DNA of 64,000 nt, from positions 256,001-320,000 of the forward strand of contig OZ220741.1 of assembly GCA_965116885.1 (NCBI GenBank). The letters are read 5' to 3'. The notes under the pieces were generated by a model, which did not search any database, was not told where the DNA came from, and saw only the letters and a program-made list of their open reading frames with translations. The stretch is from Candidatus Latescibacterota bacterium (GTDB taxonomy: Bacteria; Latescibacterota; UBA2968). Each line of letters opens with the position of its first letter. Position 1 is the first letter of the stretch. Positions 52,006 through 61,981 of the stretch are shown in pieces. A program made the translations under genes and the position numbers.

Positions 52006-53350
52006 CAGTCCTTTCCTCTATTTGCTCCGTGGAATGAGGATTTGTGAATGACCATCCCGGCACGATGTGAGGGATTCCCCCCATCCGTCCCTGCAAATAA
52101 CTTTTCCGAATATCCTTATCATAACGAACATCTTTGTATTCGCTAAAAGAAAATAGACTCGACACGCCGAACCCGTCTCTTTCCATTGCCCACATTTCGT
52201 CCCGACGCAACAACTGCTGCTCCATCAGCATGACATTATGGGTTGTCAACAGCAATTGCGTTCGAGTCTCTTCAGAACAACTATTCAGGTACATCTCAAG
52301 CAGTTGGCGAATTAGCAAGGGATGCAGACTGCGGTCAATTTCATCAATAATATAGACTCTCTGCGACACTTGCGTCGAAAGATCAAGAAAGGCGGGCAGG
52401 AGCTCAATAATCCGTTGTGTACCATCCGATTCTTGATAAATCTCAAATCTGGCTTCTGTGCCATCAGATTTCGGGTGAAACGAGACAAGTCTCTTTGCGA
52501 TTAGCTCTCCATCTCTGCGGGTAATCACGATGCGATTGGTCTGCGGTTCCATCAGCAACCGAACAGCCATGCCTTCTTTGACCTCTTCCTGAAGCTCGGT
52601 CTTTAATGGTTCGGGAATCGATATATTTTCTAATGGAATTTCTTCACTGCCAAGATGGGAAATTCCGGTATCGAGCCGTGGCAACATCTCGTTCATTGCC
52701 GTGTAAAGTGGATGTCCCTCATCGAGAAATATCTCGAAAAGATCAAACCGCGAGTCGGGTGCCACCAGTACAAGCGTATTCTCAAACCAGTCATAGACCG
52801 GCCTGAAATCGTTGATATTTTGGGATACGGAGTTGGTCAAGAAAAGCTGATTGTCCCGGGTTCCCCTGAAAACGAATGGGAAAAAATCGTCTTTGGAGAG
52901 CGATTTGTCAAAGCTGAGTTCGCCGTCTCGTCGATCATAGAGCACTTTTTCACTCGTACTTGTGATCTTAACCAGTCTTTCTTCCAGTACCGCCTTTTGG
53001 GACACTGCAAAGCTAAAATCGTAGATGGTCTCATCAATCAGCAACTCAAAAGCAAAGCGCGAAGGCCGACTTCTCCCCTCGGCATCCAACCGAAATGTCT
53101 CAATTGGAATCAGGCTATCGGGTCTGGTACCTTTAATAACCAGCGTCTTGGCAAAATTTAGAGCCTTAAAAAAATTAGTCTTGCCCGATGCATTGCCGCC
53201 ATAAATCGCCGCGATCGGAAGAACTCGCGTTTGGTACTTTCTGAGCTTTGGAACGCGTTCTCCATGCTGACGCTCTCGGCTGGCAACCATCGAAAAGGTC
53301 GTTGGGTCGCGGAAAGACATCCAGTTTTCAACTGAGAAACTGATTATCAT
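51986..53350 (-). CDS. AAA_21 family ATPase (RloA/AbiLi-like)
   Basis: [55 protein letters not shown]. Confidence 0.92.
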   Translation of the reverse strand: MIISFSVENWMSFRDPTTFSMVASRERQHGERVPKLRKYQTRVLPIAAIYGGNASGKTNFFKALNFAKTLVIKGTRPDSLIPIETFRLDAEGRSRPSRFAFELLIDETIYDFSFAVSQKAVLEERLVKITSTSEKVLYDRRDGELSFDKSLSKDDFFPFVFRGTRDNQLFLTNSVSQNINDFRPVYDWFENTLVLVAPDSRFDLFEIFLDEGHPLYTAMNEMLPRLDTGISHLGSEEIPLENISIPEPLKTELQEEVKEGMAVRLLMEPQTNRIVITRRDGELIAKRLVSFHPKSDGTEARFEIYQESDGTQRIIELLPAFLDLSTQVSQRVYIIDEIDRSLHPLLIRQLLEMYLNSCSEETRTQLLLTTHNVMLMEQQLLRRDEMWAMERDGFGVSSLFSFSEYKDVRYDKDIRKSYLQGRMGGIPHIVPGWSFTNPHSTEQIEERTDAVEKT

Positions 53351-53365
53351 CTCACCACCTCCTAA

Positions 53366-53390
53366 TATGATATTTTCGGTTTATATCATA
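53366..53390. promoter_or_regulatory. operator-like inverted repeat upstream of the ATPase
   Basis: TATGATAT-N9-ATATCATA just upstream of the GGAGG RBS. Confidence 0.4.
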
Positions 53391-53503
53391 CTAAATTTAG
53401 AGAATTTTAGCTAAAAAACAAGTCTAAAAGAGAAAAAATCTCTTTAAATATCTTTTCTTATCAATAATCATTGGGGATAACATCAGAAATAGGTACAAAA
53501 ACA

Positions 53504-53575
53504 GGGCGACCACAAGGGTCGCCCCTACAACAAATACTGAATCGCAGACGGGACGGCACAGGGGCCGTCCCCTAC
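53504..53575. repeat. REP doublet: type A (53504-53528) plus type B (53550-53575), same orientation
   Basis: GGGCGACCACAAGGGTCGCCCCTAC and GGGACGGCACAGGGGCCGTCCCCTAC. Confidence 0.85.
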
Positions 53576-53634
53576 AACACCATATCCTGCTCCTGCATAG
53601 TTTAAGCAGAGGCCATGATAACAACCAAAATCTT

Positions 53635-53666
53635 CTGGATTGCGGCTAGAAACATGCCGCAATGAC
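53635..53666. repeat. second palindromic repeat family
   Basis: CTGGATTGCGGCtagaaacatGCCGCAATGAC; related copy at 62911. Confidence 0.65.
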
Positions 53667-53700
53667 GGCGCTATTGATAGGACTGATCATATTTCTCCCT

Positions 53701-54621
53701 TCACACTTCCAACCCCACACCAAACTCTCTCTCAAACTCTCCCCAGAGATCGAGATCGACATCGGCAGTAGCATCGGAGAGCACCTCGTCGAGTTCGCGG
53801 GGAGACGCTGGTCCCACAAGAAGCATGCCATTGCCATTTAAGGGCGCTGCCAGACAAAATTGCAGAGCGAAGCGGCGAATACTAATCCCCCGTGCATTGC
53901 ACCACTCCCACATCGCAACAGCGCGCTCTGCCTGCCCTGGATAGCGGCGGCCAGACAACTCGGCATCGGGTCTGGGACCTGCCAGCAAGCCCATCCCCTG
54001 CACACTCGCCAGAATAAGACCCACATCGCGTTCAAGCGCGAGAGGAATCGTCGTCTCAGCAGCCGTCTGACTCAGCAGCGTATAATCGAGAAACGTAATC
54101 ACAATATCGCAAACCCCTGTCTCAATCGCATAGCGGTGAAAATCGTGCGAACGACAGCCAATACCCGTATAACCGATCAGCCCCTCGTCTCTCATCTTCA
54201 AAAGCTCATCCGAAGCATACCCCGGTGAATACACCTCTTCTATATCCCTCGGATCGTGGATAAGCAACGCATCGATATAATCCGTCTTTAGTTGTCTCAG
54301 ACTATTCTCAACCGTCCACCGGATCGACTTCGCCGAAAAATCGTGCCGCCGATCCCGATGGGTACCCGCCTTAGTCTGCAAATAAACCTTCTCCCGGTAT
54401 CCCCCTTGAAGCGCGAGACCCACGCGCCGCTCGCTCTCGCCTCCGCCATAAGCAGCAGACGTATCGATAAAATTAATCCCCCGATCAATCGCCTCTCGCA
54501 CAGTCGCAATCCCCTCATCATCAGACACGCGCTGCGGACTGCCGAGAAAAGCACAGCCAAGACCAATCGCTTTGGGTTTAAGTTCCGTGCGACCAAGACG
54601 TCGCGTTTCGAGTTCAGGCAT
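53701..54621 (-). CDS. aldo/keto reductase
   Basis: RRLGRTEL..IGLG, GINFIDTSAAYG, SLRQLKTDYIDALLIHD. Confidence 0.92.
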   Translation of the reverse strand: MPELETRRLGRTELKPKAIGLGCAFLGSPQRVSDDEGIATVREAIDRGINFIDTSAAYGGGESERRVGLALQGGYREKVYLQTKAGTHRDRRHDFSAKSIRWTVENSLRQLKTDYIDALLIHDPRDIEEVYSPGYASDELLKMRDEGLIGYTGIGCRSHDFHRYAIETGVCDIVITFLDYTLLSQTAAETTIPLALERDVGLILASVQGMGLLAGPRPDAELSGRRYPGQAERAVAMWEWCNARGISIRRFALQFCLAAPLNGNGMLLVGPASPRELDEVLSDATADVDLDLWGEFEREFGVGLEV

Positions 54622-54651
54622 AGCATCTCCCCATTTATTTTCCGTTTACAA

Positions 54652-54680
54652 ATCTGCGTTCATCTGCGTTCATCTGCGGA
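54652..54680 (-). repeat. 10-nt-period tandem repeat element
   Basis: Minus strand tccgcagatgaacgcagatgaacgcagat; supplies the lyase stop codon. Confidence 0.7.
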
Positions 54681-56108
54681 TCTGCTTTTCACATAGCGCG
54701 CCAGCAAGCTCAGATTCCGAATAAACGTGCGGCACGAAAGAATCTCCGCCTCAATGCGCTCGCGTCTATTCTCTGGATTCCTCAACGATCCCTGCTCGAC
54801 CCAGCGCCCCCGGTCATCGAGCGCATCAATCACTTCTCTCACGCGATCAACACCCGGGCAGGTAACGCCCCCGCGCTCAGACAAAATCTTCTCCCGCCCC
54901 TCTGCCCTGATGCGATTGTACAACGCCTCAACCCGCTCAATCCGACTCCCACTCACCTTAAACGCATAATGCGTAGGCAAATCCGAATCGTCATACGTAA
55001 GCACATAATCGCGGGTAAAAAACAGCGGCCGATTGGTCTGAAGCTCGTAAAACCGCGCCAGGCGACCATCGGGTAGAAGCGAGCGTTTTGCCCAATCCAG
55101 CGCGCCGGGAACCGGATCCAAAAAACGCGCCTCTCCGGTCGCCAAATACAAATCCAAAAGCACCTGCAAAACCCCAAAACTCTCGCCACCCGTAACAGAA
55201 GGCGGCTCAAAACGGCGCGCCCAGGTCGGCTCCATATCCAAATTGTACTGCTGCGCCCACGCGGGCTGTGGCTCGGGCATCTGCGCCAAAATAATAAAAT
55301 CGCCACCCCGTTTCGCCGCATCGAGATAGCGGTCATCCCCATAAACACCGTACGCCTCGACCATCGCCTCGATCACATCGGCAATCGCATTATCATTAAA
55401 CGTATAATAATCCAAATACCGCGTATTGGGATAGGTCCGCGACCACGTTTCGGGATAACGCGCCTTCTTCACCGGAAACCTTTCTGGATCGGGAAAAACC
55501 TCAAACCGCTGCGGCCACGCGCCATTTGGATACTGCGCCTTGAGAAGCGCATCGAGACCAAATAGCACCGCCGCGTGAACCTCCTCATCCTCAAAACTTT
55601 GCACCTTATCGACCCGCATCAACAACTGCAACGCACTCTGCGTATTATTGTCGTCGAGCGTCGTGCGATTGCGGCGGTCCCCCGTATCGACATCGCCCCG
55701 CTCGACATCTCGCCGAAAGTGCCAGCGCTTGCTTCCCTCCGCATCAAAATCAATCCGGTAATCCCAACCACCAGAAGCGAGTTGCCCCCAAACAAGCGCG
55801 CGCGCCGCCTCAACAGCACCATTCAAAAACAGCGTATCGCCCGTAGCCTCATACGCCTCCAAAAACGCCATACCCACAGCAGGCGTACCCGGCGGCTGCA
55901 CCCAAATCGCTGAAGGCGACGCCGTACCCTCGCCCTCGCGCATAGAAAAATCGGTCTTATACCGCCACAAATAACCGCCATGAGTCGCAACATCGGTGCG
56001 AAAATAGCGCGTCGCCACAACCATCGCATCAATCGCGGTCCGATGGAGATTTTCATCCGCACTGAGCGGTGCTGTAATCATCATAAGCAGAACAAAAAAC
56101 CTTTTCAT
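54660..56108 (-). CDS. secreted pectate lyase, PL10 family
   Basis: Signal peptide; TLDDNNT, QYPNGAWPQ, TFNDNA, WAQQY..PTWARRFEPP. Confidence 0.85.
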   Translation of the reverse strand: MKRFFVLLMMITAPLSADENLHRTAIDAMVVATRYFRTDVATHGGYLWRYKTDFSMREGEGTASPSAIWVQPPGTPAVGMAFLEAYEATGDTLFLNGAVEAARALVWGQLASGGWDYRIDFDAEGSKRWHFRRDVERGDVDTGDRRNRTTLDDNNTQSALQLLMRVDKVQSFEDEEVHAAVLFGLDALLKAQYPNGAWPQRFEVFPDPERFPVKKARYPETWSRTYPNTRYLDYYTFNDNAIADVIEAMVEAYGVYGDDRYLDAAKRGGDFIILAQMPEPQPAWAQQYNLDMEPTWARRFEPPSVTGGESFGVLQVLLDLYLATGEARFLDPVPGALDWAKRSLLPDGRLARFYELQTNRPLFFTRDYVLTYDDSDLPTHYAFKVSGSRIERVEALYNRIRAEGREKILSERGGVTCPGVDRVREVIDALDDRGRWVEQGSLRNPENRRERIEAEILSCRTFIRNLSLLARYVKSRSADERR

Positions 56109-56130
56109 TTCGAACTCCGAAAAGAAGCGC

Positions 56131-56157
56131 GGGCGGGCACAGGGGCACCGCCCCTAC
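56131..56157 (-). repeat. REP-like palindrome type C
   Basis: Identical 27-mer. Confidence 0.85.
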
Positions 56158-56275
56158 ATATACTAAACCACCATCCATCAACCGCTGCAAGCTATCCCAT
56201 TCACATCCTGCGGTCAACCGCAAAATGTCCACATCAGTTGCGCTTTTCATATTTAGCTTGTAAATTTCATTCACA

Positions 56276-56923
56276 ATGGACATCCTCTACCTCGACAATC
56301 ACCTGCTGGTCGTACGCAAACCCGCTGGCCTACTCGTACAGGGCAACCACACCGGCGACAAAAACTTGCTGGACATGGGCAAAGCCTATCTCAAAGTCAA
56401 ATTCAACAAACCCGGCAACGTATTTCTCGGACTCGTACACCGACTGGACCGCCCCGTATCGGGCGTAGTAGTCTTTGCGCGCACATCGACCTCAGCGCGC
56501 CGCTTATCGCAACAATTTCGGGAGCGAACCGTTGAAAAACACTATATTGCCCTCGTCCACGGCAAAACCCCCGAAAAGGGCCATCTCGTAAACCACATCG
56601 CGCGGCGACAAACAAAAAGCCGCATCGTAAACGCCCCTCACGGACAACGCGCAGAACTCACCTACGAACGACTGGCATATCGCAACGGCATATCCTCGGT
56701 GCGCGTGGACCTCGCCACCGGGCGCCATCATCAAATACGCGTACAATTCGCAGACATAGGCCACCCTGTATTGGGCGATTACAAGTACGGATCGCGCAAA
56801 CCATTCCCCAACCGCGCCATCGCCCTCCACGCACAGAGCCTGACCATAATACACCCGACAAAAAAGGAACGCATGACCTTTGAAACCCGGCCGGAAACAT
56901 TTTGGCCTAAATCTTTTGTATAG
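56276..56923 (+). CDS. RluA-family pseudouridine synthase
   Basis: KPAGL, VHRLDRPVSG, TGRHHQIR, GHPVLGDYKYG, LHA. Confidence 0.95.
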   Translation: MDILYLDNHLLVVRKPAGLLVQGNHTGDKNLLDMGKAYLKVKFNKPGNVFLGLVHRLDRPVSGVVVFARTSTSARRLSQQFRERTVEKHYIALVHGKTPEKGHLVNHIARRQTKSRIVNAPHGQRAELTYERLAYRNGISSVRVDLATGRHHQIRVQFADIGHPVLGDYKYGSRKPFPNRAIALHAQSLTIIHPTKKERMTFETRPETFWPKSFV

Positions 56924-56932
56924 CTCCTGCTC

Positions 56933-57838
56933 ATGACCAAACAAATAACCTATCGCAATCGCAAAACGGACGAAATGATCTCCGAACCGCTCATATTGCC
57001 CCGCGTTCAATATGCTGTTGCGCGATCTCGCGTGGCAATATTTGTTTACAACATATTCCTGAACACATACCCATTTTGCTGGCTACTCGGCAAATGGATG
57101 GACCTATCGGGATCGCGAAAAAAAATCCAGGCATTTGTACAAAAATACGACATCAACCTCAACGAAATCGAATTGCCCCTGGACCAGTACAAAAACCTAA
57201 ACGCCTTTTTCTCCCGCAAACTCCAACCCGACGCACGCCCCTTTATCGCCGACCCCCGCATCTTCTGTTCACCCGCCGATGGAAAAGTTCTCGCATATCC
57301 CAAACTGGATGCACAAACCCGCCTCCCCGTCAAAGGATCCCATGTCGATATTGCGCATCTCCTATCATCAAAAGAATCCGCAATCCCCTATAGAAATGGT
57401 GCTGCGCTCGTCATTCGATTGGCCCCGGCAGACTACCACCGCTACCATTTCCCCGTTGCCGGCATCGCAACAGCATCTGCCAAAATCTCTGGACGCTATT
57501 ATCTCGTCAACCCCATTGCCCTCGACGTAAAACCCGACTTATTTGCCCACAACAAGCGCGAAGTGACATACCTCGAAACCGAACACTTTGGTCGCATCAT
57601 GATCATGGAAGTAGCGGGCTGGGGCGTGGGGCGCATCGTCCAAACCTATCAACCGGGCAATGTAGAACGTGGGCAGGAAAAGGGCTACTTCCAATTTGGA
57701 GGATCTACCCTGGTACTCCTGTTCGAGCCTGGACGCATTATATTTGATAATGACCTCATCCGCGACACACAAGCAGGCATCGAAGTCCAGGTCCTCACAG
57801 GATCACAACTCGGTGTACAAACCATATCCAAAAATTAA
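56933..57838 (+). CDS. psd: phosphatidylserine decarboxylase
   Basis: FFSRKL, SPADG, RLAPADYHRYHFP, GYFQFGGST self-cleavage site. Confidence 0.92.
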   Translation: MTKQITYRNRKTDEMISEPLILPRVQYAVARSRVAIFVYNIFLNTYPFCWLLGKWMDLSGSRKKIQAFVQKYDINLNEIELPLDQYKNLNAFFSRKLQPDARPFIADPRIFCSPADGKVLAYPKLDAQTRLPVKGSHVDIAHLLSSKESAIPYRNGAALVIRLAPADYHRYHFPVAGIATASAKISGRYYLVNPIALDVKPDLFAHNKREVTYLETEHFGRIMIMEVAGWGVGRIVQTYQPGNVERGQEKGYFQFGGSTLVLLFEPGRIIFDNDLIRDTQAGIEVQVLTGSQLGVQTISKN

Positions 57839-57859
57839 ACCATAAAACCAAAAATACCT

Positions 57860-59224
57860 ATGCCAACAATCAACCTCATCACCCTGGGCTGTCCCAAAAA
57901 CACCGTCGATTCCGAGCGCATGCACCACCTGCTCAAACTCAACGGCTACGACCTCTCGGACCACGCTGAAGACGCCGACATCATCGTCGTCAACACCTGC
58001 GGATTCATCGAACCAGCCAAAGAAGAATCAATAGCAACAGTAATGGACGCCGCAGAATACAAAAAAAACGGACGCTGTCGCGGCGTCATCGTCACGGGCT
58101 GCCTGGCCGAGCGATACCGAACAGAATTGGAAACCGAACTCGTCGAAGCAGACATGATCGTGGGCCTTGCCGGAGAACGCGAAATCGTCGCACACTGCGA
58201 TCATTTATTAGGCACATCGCGCATACACACCATTCGAGACGCAGAGGCGCGCCATCTACTCACCCCAAAACACTGGGCGTACTTGCGAATCTCGGACGGA
58301 TGCGACAGAACATGTGCATTTTGCGCCATCCCGAGTTTTCGCGGAAAAAACAAAAGCGAAAACCTGGACCGCCTCATCGCCGAAGCCTATCGCATGGTCG
58401 GCAACGGCGTGCGCGAAATCGCCCTCATCGCCCAGGACACCATGCGATATGGCGCAGACCTGTACGGCAAACCCCGGCTGACAGACCTGATAGAAAAACT
58501 CATCCAAATCGAGAAACTCGACTGGGTGCGAATGTTATACGCCTATCCAACCGGTTGGCGCGATGAGTTAGTCAACCTCCTGGCGACCGAAGAAAAATTG
58601 TGCGCCTACATCGACCTGCCCATCCAGCACGCATCAGACCCCATACTAAAAACCATGAACCGGGGCACCACAAAAGCGGGCATTCGCAAACTCGTCCACA
58701 CCTTGCGCGAACGCATACCCAATTTGACCATCCGATCATCAATCATCACCGGATTTCCCGGCGAACGCGATGAACACTTTGCAGAACTCATGGACTTCGT
58801 CGATGAAATGCAATTCAACCGCCTCGTCGGATTCACCTATTCGCACGAAGAAGGCACGCAAGCAGGCGCATTGAAAGACGACGTACCCGAAGACATCAAG
58901 CGCGAACGGTTGAACGACCTCATGGCATTGCAGGCGCAAATATCGGGCGAATTAAACGCTGCGCACATAGGACGCACCTTCAAAGTACTCGTAGATGAAG
59001 CCTCAGACGACCCGGCATATCACTACATCGGCCGCACGCGAATGGACGCCCCGGAAATCGACGGCGCCGTATTCTTCACGGGTCCCGCAAACATCGGAGA
59101 CTTTGTCGAAGTAGAAATCACCGATGCAACCGAACACGACCTCATCGGACATGTCGTAAAAACTGACGCCCTATTGGAAATTGAGTCTTATAATCCGCAG
59201 ATGGACGCAGATGGACGCAGATGA
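57860..59224 (+). CDS. rimO: ribosomal protein S12 methylthiotransferase
   Basis: LGCPKNTVDSE, NTCGFI..AKEESI, GCDRTCAFCAIP, DAPEIDG. Confidence 0.97.
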   Translation: MPTINLITLGCPKNTVDSERMHHLLKLNGYDLSDHAEDADIIVVNTCGFIEPAKEESIATVMDAAEYKKNGRCRGVIVTGCLAERYRTELETELVEADMIVGLAGEREIVAHCDHLLGTSRIHTIRDAEARHLLTPKHWAYLRISDGCDRTCAFCAIPSFRGKNKSENLDRLIAEAYRMVGNGVREIALIAQDTMRYGADLYGKPRLTDLIEKLIQIEKLDWVRMLYAYPTGWRDELVNLLATEEKLCAYIDLPIQHASDPILKTMNRGTTKAGIRKLVHTLRERIPNLTIRSSIITGFPGERDEHFAELMDFVDEMQFNRLVGFTYSHEEGTQAGALKDDVPEDIKRERLNDLMALQAQISGELNAAHIGRTFKVLVDEASDDPAYHYIGRTRMDAPEIDGAVFFTGPANIGDFVEVEITDATEHDLIGHVVKTDALLEIESYNPQMDADGRR

Positions 59225-59228
59225 AAGG
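59193..59228 (+). repeat. 10-nt-period tandem repeat element
   Basis: atccgcagatggacgcagatggacgcagatgaaagg; supplies the rimO stop codon. Confidence 0.7.
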
Positions 59229-59280
59229 CAAAAGATAAAGAGGGGCTGGAGGCTGGGGCTGACTGCTAACAGGAGAAATC

Positions 59281-59745
59281 ATGACCATCATCGCTGCAAT
59301 GGACAAAAACCGCGTCATTGGTCGGGACAACAAAATGCCCTGGCACATCTCTGAAGAATCGAAGCACTTTCGGCGTACAACAACCGGACATACCTTATTG
59401 GTAGGGCGCAAAACATATCAATCCTGGGGTGGCAAACCCCTGCCGGATCGCCTGCATGTCATTGTAAGCCGAACCATGCCCGACACAAAAGGCGTAGATG
59501 TGTGCAGATCGCTCGAAGAAGCCATAGAAAAAGCTAAGTCTTATGGCCGCGAAGTATTCATCTGCGGCGGCGGCCAAATTTATCGCGCCACACTATCAAA
59601 AGCAGATCGGATGATCCTATCGTACATCGACGCAGAATACTCAGGCGATGAATACTTCCCCGAATTTGACGAAGATGAATGGATCATTTTAAAAGAAGAG
59701 GTGTATGATCAATTCACAGCCGTATATTATGAACGCGGAGAATAA
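59281..59745 (+). CDS. folA: dihydrofolate reductase
   Basis: IIAAMDKNRVIG..MPW, GRKT, KPLPDR, CGGGQIY, GDEYFP. Confidence 0.96.
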   Translation: MTIIAAMDKNRVIGRDNKMPWHISEESKHFRRTTTGHTLLVGRKTYQSWGGKPLPDRLHVIVSRTMPDTKGVDVCRSLEEAIEKAKSYGREVFICGGGQIYRATLSKADRMILSYIDAEYSGDEYFPEFDEDEWIILKEEVYDQFTAVYYERGE

Positions 59746-59809
59746 GGTCTTCTTTGGGTTTCTGTAGGCGTTTGAGCAGAGGACAAGCGTATTCATCTGG
59801 AGAATTGAT

Positions 59810-60003
59810 ATGCTCAGCGGATTTTTTGATGAACAGTTTGTGCCGAATACGAATAAAGACACACTAAGGCGAGATCTCTATCAGCGATTTATCCCCAAAG
59901 GCTTCCCCGATCAGGAAGTCGAAGATCTGCTACTTAATATGAATTGTTCGGCGAAGAATTGCGCTTGACGATCTTTGCCGCCAAATCTCTACAAGAAGTT
60001 TAG
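59810..60003 (+). pseudogene. possible frameshifted gene fragment
   Basis: GGAG RBS, 52-aa ORF to 59968; a second frame continues ELFGEELRLTIFAAKSLQEV* to 60003. Confidence 0.3.
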
Positions 60004-60062
60004 GCATCGCCATTGCTCAAAAACATGCCACGATGACAGACACAGGACCTGCCACCACAAGC

Positions 60063-60089
60063 GGGCGGGCACAGGGGCACCGCCCCTAC
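60063..60089 (-). repeat. REP-like palindrome type C
   Basis: Identical 27-mer. Confidence 0.85.
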
Positions 60090-60167
60090 GACAATCTTCT
60101 CTCCCAATAGTCTAATCTCTTACTTCTCCCCCCTTTTATTATTATATTTTTTCTACTGGGGGCCTTT

Positions 60168-61007
60168 ATGTACACATATCTCGACCAACTGCAACACGTA
60201 TTGGACCACGGCGTAAAAAAGGGAGACCGCACGGGAGTGGGCACAATCTCGTGTTTTGGCCTGCATGCGCGCTACGCAATGGCAGATGGATTTCCCGCTG
60301 TTACCACCAAGCGACTGGTGTGGAAATCAATCCTATCGGAACTCCTGTGGTTTATATCCGGATCCGACAACATCTACGACTTAAAAACCTATTTGAAAAG
60401 CAACCGGCTATGGGATGGCAATTATGAGGACTACTTGAACCGCCTGGGAAGAGATAAAAACGACGGCAACATGGGACGTATTTACGGTGTACAGTGGCGG
60501 CAATGGAAAGGCGCCAACGGGAAAGTAGTAGATCAGCTTCAAAATGCGATTGATTTAATCCGAGAAAACCCCGAATCCCGACGCATCATGGTCAATGCCT
60601 GGAACGCAGCGGAAATAGGCACTCGAGACGTAGCCCTGCCCCCGTGTCACAACTTCTTCCAATTTTACGTCGCAGAAGGCAAACTATCCTTACAAATGTA
60701 TCAGCGATCCTGCGACATGTTCTTAGGCGTACCGCTCAACATCGCGTCCTATTCCGTATTATTGCACATGGTCGCAAAAATCACGGGCCTCACACCCTGC
60801 GAATTTATCCATGTCCTCGGCGACGCGCACATCTACTTAAACCACCTCGACGCAGTAAAAAAACAACTATCTCGCAAGCCATATCCCCTGCCCGAATTGC
60901 GGATAAAAGACCGCGGGCAAACCGAAATTGACCATTTTGAAATGGACGACTTTGAACTCATCAACTATCAGCATCACGACACCATCCGCGCGGAAATGGC
61001 GGTTTAA
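60168..61007 (+). CDS. thyA: thymidylate synthase
   Basis: DRTGVGT, ELLWFI, YGVQWR, ALPPCH, YQRSCD..LGVP, GDAHIY. Confidence 0.98.
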   Translation: MYTYLDQLQHVLDHGVKKGDRTGVGTISCFGLHARYAMADGFPAVTTKRLVWKSILSELLWFISGSDNIYDLKTYLKSNRLWDGNYEDYLNRLGRDKNDGNMGRIYGVQWRQWKGANGKVVDQLQNAIDLIRENPESRRIMVNAWNAAEIGTRDVALPPCHNFFQFYVAEGKLSLQMYQRSCDMFLGVPLNIASYSVLLHMVAKITGLTPCEFIHVLGDAHIYLNHLDAVKKQLSRKPYPLPELRIKDRGQTEIDHFEMDDFELINYQHHDTIRAEMAV

Positions 61008-61019
61008 GACGGCCACCCA

Positions 61020-61157
61020 TTATTCTTTTTTATCGCGTATTGCGCGGATCATCTGCCACAAGATATGTCCAATGCCGACCAAAATAAAAACGGACGTGAG
61101 AACCAGAAAAATTTGGACGCCTAAAGGCAGGTTGTCAAATGGAATGATCGGATGCAT
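61020..61157 (-). CDS. putative small single-pass membrane protein (45 aa)
   Basis: MHPIIPFDNLPLGVQIFLVLTSVFILVGIGHILWQMIRAIRDKKE*; below ORF-track cutoff. Confidence 0.55.
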   Translation of the reverse strand: MHPIIPFDNLPLGVQIFLVLTSVFILVGIGHILWQMIRAIRDKKE

Positions 61158-61217
61158 GATAGGTAAACCAGTTATTATCGCTTTTGCCGAACGTCGTCTG
61201 AACAGGACTCGAATATC

Positions 61218-61931
61218 GTGAAAACGTTACTCTTAATCTGTGTCGAAAGTAAATTACAAGTTTCTCGCCAATTTATCAACGCGGCAACCGACGCCAAAAT
61301 CGCCGATCAAGTAGTAGCCACTTCCTTTGATAAATTGGAAGAAAGCGTGCGTACCGCTGAAGGAATTGATCAAATTATCGTCTTCCCCGCCCTGATCGCC
61401 CTGCCCGATGCAATGCGCGAAAACTTATTGCAACGCATCGCATCTCTCCAAAATGAAAACCCACAAACACGCATCCTGATGACCAGCCCATTGGGCGGTG
61501 ATCCCCGCTTATTCGACATGATCCAGGACCGCATGACAGCCGCCCTGAAAAGTACGCAAAACACCCCCATATTGACAATAGAAACACCGAATACGTCTCG
61601 AACCCTCGACTTTGAAAACTTCGCCACACTACCAGATCAGATCGCAGATATAAGCACACTCGTCCCCGACCGTCAGGGACAGGGCGTTTGGGTACGCGAA
61701 GTATTGGACCACACACCCAATGCCGACGCAATCTTTTACGCAGACGCCGACCGTTTTTCAGCCACAGTCGATCTCGCCCTCGTCCGGGAGCAAGGATTGT
61801 TAATCTACGGACTGGAAGGACAGCCCTTACCCGCCAGTTATGGCGGACCTTTGCGTCTAATCATTCCCGGACACGACGACCGCTGTGCAAATGTAAAAGG
61901 CGTAGCGCGGGTCGAAATCGCATTGAAATAG
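61218..61931 (+). CDS. degenerate CbiX-like domain fused to molybdopterin-oxidoreductase-like domain
   Basis: N-terminus ends PLGGDPRL; C-terminus GQPLPASYGGPLRLIIPG..NVKGVARVE. Confidence 0.6.
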   Translation: MKTLLLICVESKLQVSRQFINAATDAKIADQVVATSFDKLEESVRTAEGIDQIIVFPALIALPDAMRENLLQRIASLQNENPQTRILMTSPLGGDPRLFDMIQDRMTAALKSTQNTPILTIETPNTSRTLDFENFATLPDQIADISTLVPDRQGQGVWVREVLDHTPNADAIFYADADRFSATVDLALVREQGLLIYGLEGQPLPASYGGPLRLIIPGHDDRCANVKGVARVEIALK

Positions 61932-61981
61932 CGAAAATAACGATGCGTCAACCCGCCATTTTCACCAGGAGAAAACACACC

